Source: Lingula anatina
Taxonomy: Eukaryota > Animalia > Brachiopoda
Assembly: GCA_051362555.1 (NCBI GenBank)
Contig: CM120640.1
Location: 5,456,001 to 5,520,000, forward strand
Reading direction: 5' to 3'
DNA: 64,000 bases
The translations under genes were made by a program, and so were the position numbers. A model generated the notes under the pieces. It searched no databases. It had not been told where the DNA came from and worked only from the letters and a program-made list of their open reading frames with translations. This document shows positions 1-9,974 of this stretch, one piece after another. The number at the start of each line of letters is the position of its first letter. The first letter of the stretch is position 1.

Positions 1-39
1 TTTATTGAATTATTATTTTTTCACTTACCTGTGGTTTAG

Positions 40-2763
40 ATGTATTGCCTAATGCCAGCCTATGGAGCATGGACAAGATGCAGGCTTATTTCTCTCTTAT
101 TAAAACACTGCAACCACAGTTAACTGATCAGGCTAGCAGGTAGGACTTTTTCCCTTTTTTATTCTACCATTTTTAAAAGTTTTCAGTTATTAAATATTAA
201 CACAATCCCTTTAAAAGATGGAAAAAAAGATGAACTAGTTTTCAAACATAAACCATGATTGTTTTTTTATTGTAGGGTGTTGCAAGCATACTATAAGGCT
301 CAAAGGATGGCTGATGACAGAAATGCTGCCAGAACCACCATGAGACTACTGCAGAGCATGATTAGGCTTTCTCAAGGTATATGCCATCACAGTTCTGACA
401 TATCAAAGTTTTTTTGCCAATCTTTGAATATGGTAATGGGCACTAAAAGTTGTTAAAAAAAGGACTTTAGTCTTTCTTGGTTCTGATCCCTTATTTGATT
501 GTTTTTTGCAGCACATGCACGTCTCATGTTCCGTGATGAAGTGACAACCCAGGATGCAGTTCTTGCTGTATCAATAATGGAGTCTTCAATGCAGGTATAG
601 TTTCAGTGACAAAAATATGTTTACAATGAGACTGAAAAATATTGATCTAAGTATTCTAAAAGCTATTTTTAAAAAACAAACTACGTTTTCTCCTTTTGCT
701 AGTGGTTGAGAATGCTTGGGAAAACAAAATTTAGAGTGCTTAAAGATACTTGAGAAAGGAGAATTTCAAAATTTTCAGGAAGGTTACACCAAAAATGTTG
801 CGAATCTGGGCTTTCCCTGTTATCAGTTGGTTCAGTGTAAACATACAGTAAGTAAAATATGTGTCTGTTTTTAGGGTGCAGCTTTGCTGGGTGGTATCAA
901 TGCACTACACAGCTCCTTTCCAGATGATGCGGAGAACGAGTATGCACTTCAAGGTATGATATTGAAAATGATGTTCAACTAGCCTCACATTGTATATGCA
1001 TACATTTTTTAAAACATTAAAATGTTGAAATACATCAACCTGATTTGACAATACTGATTAAGTTGGTAATTCTTTTTTTCTGAATAAATTATAATAAATA
1101 TTCAGTTCAAGTACATGTGTAGATGATTGTTGGGTTTGTATGTTTTTTAGCTGAAATGGTCCTTGAGCGATTAAAGTTGCAAGATATATGGGTAGAGGAA
1201 TTGGAAAGACTTAAAGATGAAGAAAGGGCAAGGAATTTGGCCAAGAAACCACCACCCCCAGGAATGACCCAGTCAGGGACAAATGATTCAGACCATGGGG
1301 AAATCAGAGCTAGTGGTGCAGTTGCATGTACTTCAGGTACATCAAAACGTGCAGACCCAACCGAAATCATAGACATTGTTGATGAGGAAACAGTTCAAAG
1401 TCCAGCTTCTTCACTAAGGACTGCAGAAACTGTAGTCCGACAGTCACAGCTTGGCATATCTAGTGCACACACTGACAGCATTTCAAACAACACAAATAGA
1501 ACTGAAAGTGAAAAGGAAGACATTCATAATGTTTCATCTATTTCTGCTCTCCTTAATTCATCAAGTGACAGTGGTGCTAATGATTCATTCAATGAAAGTG
1601 TAGTATTGGATCAGAGCCTTGTGAATAAAAGACTTGCAAAAAGCTCTAAAGCTCAAAATGGACCGACTCCTGCAAGTAAATTGTTTGCTAAATTTGGCAA
1701 CACTTCGGCTCACCCGGCTTTCATACCTGATGTTGACAGGGTTCAGCCATCAAAAGGAGATAGACATGCTGCAAGCAGCAGTGAAATGACCAATTCTCCT
1801 TCCATTTTGAACACCTCACCACCTCAGCCCTGTACTCAGATTGGTAAAACCATTCAGCAACGCCTTGACCTACGTGAAAAGCATGCCAAAAATTGTACCG
1901 ATACTACAGACTGGTTTGACAACATTGGAGCTGGTGGGAAGATGAAAGATTCCTCGACTCATAAGGGCAAAGGAAAGGGAAAGAGTTCAGCTGATGCAAC
2001 AAAACCAAAGGATAGGAGTTATACATCTGATCAAGAGCAAACTGATAATGATAAATCAGGTACACACTTGCTAACTAAAAAGAGGGGTGAAACGCCTAAA
2101 GAAAATGCACACAATAGTAGCTGTGACAGCACTCCAGGAGAACCTGGCACCAGTTTTTTAGACATCTCTACCCCATCATCTACCAATTCATTGGCTTCAA
2201 CTCCCAATTCAGCAAGCAAATTGTCAAATAAGACATTGTCAAAACTTAAAAGCTTTGCCTTTGTCGAATCACCAAAACCCAAGGAGACCTGTGCAGATAA
2301 TGGTGCCAGTGAAATTATTGGTAGCAAGGCAGCAGATGGACAAGGTTGCAGCAAAAGTCAAGTTACACCAGACTTTAATACAATCCTAAAAGACCGAAGG
2401 AATTTACAGGAAACCCTTTCACAGAACAATAACATAGATCAACCTTGTAAAATACCTTCTACATCAAAACCAAGTTTTAAACTACCTGCAACAAATGATT
2501 TGACAAAGACTACCCCTGGTTCAAAGAAATCATTTTCACACTTTAAGTTTCAGAAAACTGCAGCTGCTAGCTTACCAAGGTTTTCAGACATCACTGACAA
2601 AAGAACTGGATCAGAACATCGTTTTATCAGTCCGTCCTTAACCAGTGCTTCAAGCACACCTCTCACTTCTTCCATATTTACCACAGAGGATGACCTGAGT
2701 GATACTGACCTAGAGCTGGACTGGCTGAATGAACCAAAGAAAAGAAAGCTAGATGGGAAATAA
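40..2763 (+). CDS. MCM9: DNA helicase MCM9, 3' portion (end of AAA+ domain, winged-helix region and long disordered tail); 5' exons lie outside the window
   Basis: GT-AG exons at about 40-139, 276-376, 512-594, 875-953 and 1151-2763 translate to [96 protein letters not shown], which matches MCM9 as I recall it. AATAAA at 2954-2959. Confidence 0.93.
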
Positions 2764-3279
2764 CCCATTTACTATGTATTGGGAAACTGACCGCTTTAAG
2801 GATGTTGTTTTGAATTAAAGTCCAAGATGGGCATTGTAAATGAGACAGCAACTTCAAGTAAACAACATGCATTAATGATCATGTATTTTTCATTCAACAT
2901 GTACTTACATGTACAAATATTTGTGTACATTTATTTATAATAGATGTATTTTAAATAAAAAATCATACATGTACAAATTACTTCCTACTTTTCTAATAGT
3001 AAGTTCTATTTCGTATAAAAATATCGGTCAGTCTTAAATGAGATATGCTTGCGCATGCGTACTCAGTTAGCTTGTGACATGCGGCTGGGTAGTCAGCCTG
3101 AAAATAGATGCGATCTATTTCTATCAGAATTATAATCTAAAACAAACGTAGTTTGTTTGCTTCAGTTGGAAACATTTTTGCAACGGAGTTGCAATCTTTT
3201 ATGCGGCATATATATTGATCTATAACGTAGTTACACATTGTAGGCTACGAATCATTTGCGTGCCAAACTTAATTTCAAT

Positions 3280-4011
3280 ATGGCGGCCGAAAGCACGTGT
3301 AGTGCTGTTTTACCGGGCCTTTCAAAACCCGCAATAGATACATGTAAGAATAGCGAGGACGTTAAAGCAAAGAATGTAAAAACCAGAACAGGAAAGGGGA
3401 AACTAGACGACAAAGCAAAATCTAGTCATAACAGTGATGAATATTTAACTATAATGAAAAATATACAAGAAACTGTGCAGAGACAGGAAACCAAAATTAA
3501 CAGCGTCGTGGGACGCATAGATACTTTAGAGAAACAGTACCTGTATCACGATGAATATTGTGAGGAGAATTATGAATTTGATGAACAGTATGATGAAAGA
3601 TTGGAGGATGAAACGTGCCCGGAGGCAGGCACTAGTAGCACAAACAGATTTGATGATATGACGAAGAGATATAAATTAATAGAGTATACAGACGTGGAAG
3701 TTGACAGTGTGTTGGCGAGTAGTGTCAATGATTTGTTCACCAATGGGATAGTGGATCATTCAAAGTATACAGAACTTACCAAAGATGAAAATAACTCACG
3801 GCCAAAAAACTGTGAAAGTTTGGTGATAGTCAAAACCAATAAAATGGTATGGAACATTATTCCTCAATATGCCAAAACAAATGATAAGAAGTTACAGGAT
3901 GTTCAAATGTCAGTTGTAAAAGCAGCTACGTTGACTTGGTTTTATAATCAATGCAGAAAAGTCTGTCCTTATTCCCCAACAATCATTGTTGTTTTTGGGA
4001 AATATAATTGA
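3280..4011 (+). CDS. DIRS ORF1 (gag-like), C-terminally truncated by a deletion near 3930
   Basis: ATG at 3280. Coiled-coil and acidic N-terminus, then RPKNCESLVIVKTNKMVW..DKKLQDVQ typical of DIRS gag. After VKAATL the frame runs into out-of-frame RT sequence. Confidence 0.75.
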   Translation: MAAESTCSAVLPGLSKPAIDTCKNSEDVKAKNVKTRTGKGKLDDKAKSSHNSDEYLTIMKNIQETVQRQETKINSVVGRIDTLEKQYLYHDEYCEENYEFDEQYDERLEDETCPEAGTSSTNRFDDMTKRYKLIEYTDVEVDSVLASSVNDLFTNGIVDHSKYTELTKDENNSRPKNCESLVIVKTNKMVWNIIPQYAKTNDKKLQDVQMSVVKAATLTWFYNQCRKVCPYSPTIIVVFGKYN

Positions 4012-4318
4012 TTCTGAAAGTATGACGGTGACTTTACCTAAAGATAAAATGGATCACATTGTACAGCAGTGTAAAATGCTTATCATTAAAACAGAAGCAA
4101 AAGTAAGACTAGTAGCTAAAGTGATTGGAATTATAGTTTCAACATTCTCAGCTGTTGAATATGGTAAACTCCATTATAGAGAACTTGAAAAGCAGAAGAT
4201 AAGTGCTTTAAAAAGCAACAATGGAAATTATGATGCTATGATGCACATTACAATTAGTATGAAGCAAGAATTACAATGGTGGATGGAAAATGTCCATTTG
4301 CAAAGAAAGATAATGTAG
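3935..4318 (+). pseudogene. DIRS reverse transcriptase C-terminal/connection remnant (no YxDD)
   Basis: Reads LGFIINAEKSVLIPQQSLLFLGNIIDSESMTVTLPKDK..ELQWWMEN, the part of DIRS RT that follows the YxDD motif. A TGA lies immediately upstream and no YxDD is visible in the element's ORFs. Confidence 0.85.
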
Positions 4319-4947
4319 ATGCTGATGATGCTTCTAGGAAGTTTAATGAACGTTTAGAATGGAAGTTGAATGAGAATGTATTTCAAAAGATATGTGAAAA
4401 ATTTGGAAATCCATTTATTGATCTTTTTGCCTCTAGATTAAATGCGCAAGTTGAAAGATATTGTTCATGGCAGGCAGACCCCTTTGCTTGGGGTATTAAT
4501 GCATTTACTTATGATTGGGGAACACTGAATTATGTTTATCTGTTTCCACCTTTCAGTTTGCTGGGTCATTGTATCCAGAAGATTCGCAAAGACAAAGCCA
4601 GGGGTATTATAGTGGCTCCTGTATGGCCAACACAGATATGGTTTGCAAAGTTGATGGAATTACTTGTGGAAAACCCAATAGTCATTCAAAAGAAAAAAGG
4701 TCTGCTAACTTTACCAGGGAACAAGCTCCCAGTGGAACATCCTCTTATGGACAAGTTGAAACTCATTGTATGCAAAGTATCAGGGAACAGTTTAGAGAAC
4801 GAGGCCTTTCTGAGCAATCAACCCACATACTTATGTCATCTTGGCGTACAGGGACAAAGAAACAATACAACGTGTTCATTAAACGCGGGTTCAAATACTG
4901 TGGTGAAAGGAAAATTAATTCAATTTCACCACATGTGGAAGAGGTGA
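4276..4947 (+). CDS. DIRS DNA N6-adenine methyltransferase (Dam-like) domain, preceded by the last RNase H helix
   Basis: NVDADDASR (RNase H end), IDLFASRLN (SAM-binding motif I), YLFPPFSLL (motif IV) and IVAPVWPTQIWF. Open 223-codon frame from ATG 4276. Confidence 0.85.
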   Translation: MVDGKCPFAKKDNVDADDASRKFNERLEWKLNENVFQKICEKFGNPFIDLFASRLNAQVERYCSWQADPFAWGINAFTYDWGTLNYVYLFPPFSLLGHCIQKIRKDKARGIIVAPVWPTQIWFAKLMELLVENPIVIQKKKGLLTLPGNKLPVEHPLMDKLKLIVCKVSGNSLENEAFLSNQPTYLCHLGVQGQRNNTTCSLNAGSNTVVKGKLIQFHHMWKR

Positions 4948-5753
4948 TAGAATTTCTTACAAAACAGTTTAATGATGGCTTAGCTTATGACAGTTTAAAT
5001 ACAGCAAGAGGTGCTATTTCATCAATGGGTATTCAAATTGATGGAGTTTCAGCAGGGAGTCATCCATTGGTGATAAGATATATGAAAGGCATTTATAATT
5101 TGAGGCCACCAAGACAACGTTATGCTCAAATTTGGGATGTTAATAAAGTTCTGGTTTTCTTAAGGAAACTTTCACCAGTAAAGCACTTGACTTTGAAGGA
5201 TCTGACTTTAAAACTTACAATGCTCATGGCATTAATTAATGCCACACGTGTACAAACATTGCATTTAATTTCTGTAGTTGATATGAAAAAGTTGAGTTCA
5301 GAGTTTGTGTTTCAGTTATGTGGTTTACTGAAGCAAAGTAGACCAGGTTGTAATTCATCACATATTGTGTTTAAAGCTTACCCTCCAGATAGGAGGTTGT
5401 GTGTTTATACTGTTTTAAAAGAGTATATAGCTCGTACAAAGACATTGCGTAGGCATAATGTTGATAAAAATTTGCTTATAAGTTATATGAAACCTTATAA
5501 ACCTGTTCAAAGAGATACTATTTCTAGATGGATCAAAGTTGTAATGACAAAATCGGGAATAGACACTACTTTATTTGGTGCTCACAGTGTGAGAGCTGCT
5601 GCTGTTTCAAAGGCAAAAATGAATTCTGTGCCAGTGACAGATATTTTGAACAAAGCTGGTTGGAGTACTGAAAAAACATTTGCAAAATTCTATGAGAAAC
5701 AAATCGAGGATAAAGCTACCACATTTGAATATGGAGTTTTAAAAAGGAAGTAA
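4770..5753 (+). CDS. DIRS tyrosine recombinase (lambda-integrase family)
   Basis: First in-frame ATG after the weakly conserved upstream extension that I take as the start is 4770 (frame open from 4515). N-terminal core-binding domain (SSWRTGTKKQY..LNTARGAIS..HPLV) and catalytic residues R (ATRVQ), K (LLKQ), HxxR (HSVR), W (AGW) and Y (AKFY). Overlaps the MTase ORF in another frame, as is usual in DIRS. Confidence 0.93.
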   Translation: MQSIREQFRERGLSEQSTHILMSSWRTGTKKQYNVFIKRGFKYCGERKINSISPHVEEVIEFLTKQFNDGLAYDSLNTARGAISSMGIQIDGVSAGSHPLVIRYMKGIYNLRPPRQRYAQIWDVNKVLVFLRKLSPVKHLTLKDLTLKLTMLMALINATRVQTLHLISVVDMKKLSSEFVFQLCGLLKQSRPGCNSSHIVFKAYPPDRRLCVYTVLKEYIARTKTLRRHNVDKNLLISYMKPYKPVQRDTISRWIKVVMTKSGIDTTLFGAHSVRAAAVSKAKMNSVPVTDILNKAGWSTEKTFAKFYEKQIEDKATTFEYGVLKRK

Positions 5754-6579
5754 TGAGCACATTCATATACTAGTATATACTGGCATGTATAGGTTTACAT
5801 GAGTATCTGTTGATGATTTGTTGAAACTGTTCTAAACGATATTTTAAGCTGAAATAAAGGCCATTGAATACTGGTTTATTGATGTTTGTCACATTTTACT
5901 TTAAAGTCTCATTTAAGACTGACCGATATTTTTATACGAAATAGAATTTAAAATTAAACGAGACTTACCTTGGTTAAGTCGATGTTTGATTGTAATTCTG
6001 TGAGTGTAAAAATGAGGGAGGGCTTAAATGCCACCCTCCCCACCCAGCTTACTCAGTAATATAATTCCAATGTAATCAGCTCACAGATATAAATATATAT
6101 ATATATATATTTCATAATACTACTAATAGATAAATAAATAAAAATGTTCTTTAAAAAAAAAAATGTGAAAACATCAAGCTTTAAAGGCTGAGTACGCATG
6201 CGCAAGCATATCTCATTTAAGCCCTCCCTCATTTTTACACTCACAGAATTACAATCAAACATCGACTTAACCAAGGTAAGTCTCGTTTAATTTTAAATTA
6301 TCATGTTACTACACAATAAACCATTCACATATTACACCCAAAACACTTCCATAAATTAAGTAACAGGAAATGAACAACAGAAGCACATAGCAGAAATTAT
6401 CATTTGGCACTTTATCAGTTAAATTAACAGTGCCTTCCACCTGGTGTGAAAATTACACCAAGTGAATCTAGCCTTTTCCCTATCAAAAGTCACTAATAAA
6501 GCAACCATTGCCAGTCAATGTAAATATGGTTTTTACAATACTTTAAAAGAGATAATATAAAAACAAAAAATTCAACCTC

Positions 6580-9500
6580 TCAGAATAATTTCTGACAAGT
6601 TGGCTTTAAATTCTCTTTGTCCTGCAAAGCGGCTGATATGTCTTTAGCTGATGGCCTCTGATTAGGGTCCTCACTACAGCAGATGCAGAACAACTCTATC
6701 ATGGGTTTATGACTAGCACTGTACACTAAATGAGGTGGTAGGAGAGGGATGGTGCCAAGAGATTCTCTGCAATAATAAAGAGAACCATTTTGGTGTTGGA
6801 TTTAAATAATTATTTGTGAAACTAGATGGGAGAAATGATTCATGGGATTACAAAGCACTACCTCAAATGTTTTACTTGGGTCGTCAAGGCACTTCTAAAA
6901 CTTGTCTGTAGCAAGTGGTGGGATTAAAAGTTACTGCTTATGATATATAATATAACTTGGACTTTTAATGGAGGTATTCTTGTAGGAGCAATTTATCCAG
7001 TTTTCAGAATTTTGTTTAAATAAAACTGTCAGTGGGAAAAACTCACCTATATGAATCTTCATCAAAAGCTAATGATTCTTCCTCTGAATCTTCAGGGTCA
7101 TCCATATCAAAAAACTCACTGTGAGGTGTACATAGAGACAGCATCTCGTAGATCACACAGCCAAAAGCATAAATGTCAGTTTTGTCACTGAGGGACACTA
7201 AAACGAAAAATAAATAAATAAATAAATAAATAAAAAATTAACAGCAATGTTTTCTCCCAAAGTCTAGTATATAAGATAATACAATGCAAATTTAACATTT
7301 TTGGACTATATAACATTCAGCAATGGAAACAGAATGTTTAAAAAATGTGTGTGTGTATTGGGTTTACAGGTCTCTCCAGTTTTGAATGCCAAATCCAGCT
7401 ACTTCCAAACTCTAGAGATTCTTTACCAGCTACTTCAGTATATAATACCTTTTGGTCTGCAGTCTTCATCAAAATCTGGATCTAATGCTTCTTTTGCTGT
7501 CCATGGCTCTGTTCCAATATACCAGTCTTCTGGATTCTTTAGCCCTTGAAGGGTGTCATTCAGTTCAACAGAGACGCCAAAGTCGCACAGCTTTACTTCA
7601 TCAAAGTTGCCCTTAACAAGGATATTGCCACTTTTCAAATCTCCATGGAGGAGTTTCTTCTCATTGTGCAGGTACTCTAATGCAGAGGCAACATTGCTGG
7701 CCACCTGAAATGGAAGGTGGGGAATCTTGCATATTGCATGTTCAACTTAAAGAATCTATGCTTTTCATAAAAATTATTTTCTGCTACACAGAATTTTTGC
7801 AAAAAGTTTGAATTACTACAGTATTCATGAATGCACAAAGTTCACTTTTCAATTTTCATATATGTATGTATCATAATGTCTATATACAAATACCTTTATA
7901 ATCTGATCAACAGGGAATGGACCTTTAGCTTCCTCCTGCCTCTGTTCAATCAGAGCTTGTAGAGATCTTTCACTACTTTCCATGCAAAGACACAGTGTTC
8001 CATCCTTTGCCCTATATATGCATGTAAAATAACACTGAATAAAATCAGATGAATAACAAACAAAGCCCGATGCAAAACTGCACTTTATATTTTTTTATGA
8101 GAGACAAACAATTAGATCGATGGCATTCTACTTATAAACATTTAATAACATGTTGAATAGAAAGGATATGTCTGGTGACTTCGTTCAGAGTCACTTACAA
8201 ACTAATTATTGCAAAGATATTCGCATTAAACTGAAAATATTTAATAAATTGTTATTATCAATTTATCACATATTCTGAAAAAACACCGTATACCTTGAGG
8301 TACCTCTGTATCCAACAATATTAGGATGACACAGGGATTTGAGAATTTTTGCCTCAGTCTGCAGTCTCTCTTCATACCTGAAAATCAGTTATTTTAAGAG
8401 ATAATTAATATTCACAAGAATAACCTGCAGGCATACATCTGGTCATACTTTTTTTTAACTTTTTCTAACATACTATCTAAACCCTTAAAATTAAAATGAA
8501 TTAAACAGAACAGGGCAAAACTATTTCAACAAATAATTCCGTAAAATATACTCTATTGTGTAGAAAATGGTTGTTGTATGCTGTCTGAAAAAGTTTGATA
8601 ATTTGAATTTAAATTAAATTAAAAACTTACAGATAAAAATAGAGCTTAAAGGGATAATAACTCTTCGTATGAGATCTATGTTTCACAATAAAAACCTTGT
8701 GAATAACTCATAGAAATATAATATATTCTGTTTTACCACAAAAACAGCAGTTATAGCTATTATTCTGATATCTGAGCTTGTCTTTAGACCACGTGACCTC
8801 CATTGATGGCTATACTCTGTTAAAATCTCTTAAGAGAAAATTGTTGTTCACTCCAGGAAAATTCATTTTTTGGCCGAAACGAAGAGTTATTATTGCTTTA
8901 ACTATAATATTTGTACGTATGTAATTAATTAATTCGTTAATTATATTACGTTGATAAATGTTCAGAGGCACAACTCCTGTTTATCTTCTTGACAGCCCAA
9001 GGAGACAGCACTCTGCTAGGTGTAGAGGGAGTCCTGTCATTTGGCAAAAGGTAAACATTGATACCTGAAAGTCAAGTAATTGATAAAAAAATTACTGTGG
9101 ACAAATATTTCACTTAGAACTGTAGATTTTTAATTTTGCCCATGTAAGTCAGCTCAATTCACTGTCATTCTTATCAGTTATTTTTTTCTTCAGTAAAAAA
9201 TTCCATCTACTGTTACAGTGTAAATGACTTACTTAACATAATGGAGTTAACATAATAGCTTCTTTATTCAAAATCTAAGGTACTGAGTATACCATATCTT
9301 GGAGCAGGTAGTTTGACAGCTGCCGCAAGAGAAATACAGTATGTATCCTCAATTTTTTTTCTGTTAATTAAAGAAACTATCAAGGAAAATGTGTAGAGTT
9401 TCAATTTAACAACTGTCTCTCAGTCAATTTGCTAGAGAAATTTTAACAAAAGCTGTCTGGATTTTAATATCTCAGAAATGACCAAATAAATGCTGGTAAA

Positions 9501-9661
9501 AAAAAAAAAAAAAAACTGTACATGTACGGTAACAAACATATTTTACCAGTTCCATATCCTAGTTTCTTCATAAATGGTGATGGTGGTATTGAGACACGTG
9601 GGCTTGAATGACTGATGGATTTCCTTAAGTGTGGAGCTCTGACTGGAGTTTTGAAATCCAT
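6580..9661 (-). CDS. PBK: Lymphokine-activated killer T-cell-originated protein kinase (PBK/TOPK)
   Basis: Exons 9547-9661, 8950-9064, 8294-8377, 7894-8011, 7449-7704, 7047-7197 and 6580-6766. MDFKTP, IPPSPFMKKLGYGTGINVY, SPWAVKK, HPNIVGYR, HGDLKSGN, KLCDFGVS, YIGTEPW and DKTDIYAFG are diagnostic of PBK. Confidence 0.95.
8650..8897. mobile_element. Non-autonomous DNA transposon (Kolobok-like MITE) in a PBK intron
   Basis: TTAA on both sides (8646-8649, 8898-8901). Terminal inverted repeats AGggATAATAACTCTTCGT / ACGAAGAGTTATTATtgCT with AG..CT ends. Confidence 0.75.
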
Positions 9662-9736
9662 GTTTTGTGTAGCGTCAAACTGTCTGAAAAATAATAGAAC
9701 ATTTAGCAGGGGAATGGGAAATAAAGGCAGAAAAGG

Positions 9737-9768
<32 letters not shown>

Positions 9769-9772
9769 CACA
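9737..9772. repeat. (CA)n microsatellite
   Basis: Visible CA run upstream of the first coding exon of PBK. Confidence 0.9.
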
Positions 9773-9974
9773 TATATATCAACAATGACGACAACGGGCA
9801 AACCCTCTCCCTGCCGCCAGGTTCAATGAAAGATGAAAATGTCATTTGACAATGACAAACTGACATTGGATTGGTAGTCATTTTCTGTCAAAAAAATCGC
9901 AGACCTACAGCACTTGAATTTTAATCTGCTACTTTTAAACATGTAAATCGTCAATAAACCCTGCACATATTTAC

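Larger units (their letters stand above)
3004..6299 (+). mobile_element. DIRS1-like tyrosine-recombinase retrotransposon, internally deleted (non-autonomous)
   Basis: ITR 3033-3066 is the exact reverse complement of 6188-6221. In the internal complementary region, 5907-5946 is the exact reverse complement of the left end (3004-3043) and 5945-6030 of the right end (6214-6299). It carries gag-like, RT/RH remnant, MTase and YR ORFs in DIRS order, has TT at both ends and no longer TSD. Confidence 0.95.

Noticed and set aside
4276-5753. Prophage, bacterial integrase plus methylase island, or Crypton
   Set aside because: RT and RNase H remnants, overlapping ORFs and the ITR/ICR structure identify a eukaryotic DIRS element.
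6053-6274. 73-aa minus-strand ORF
   Set aside because: It lies in the DIRS terminal repeat and AT microsatellite and has no coding features.
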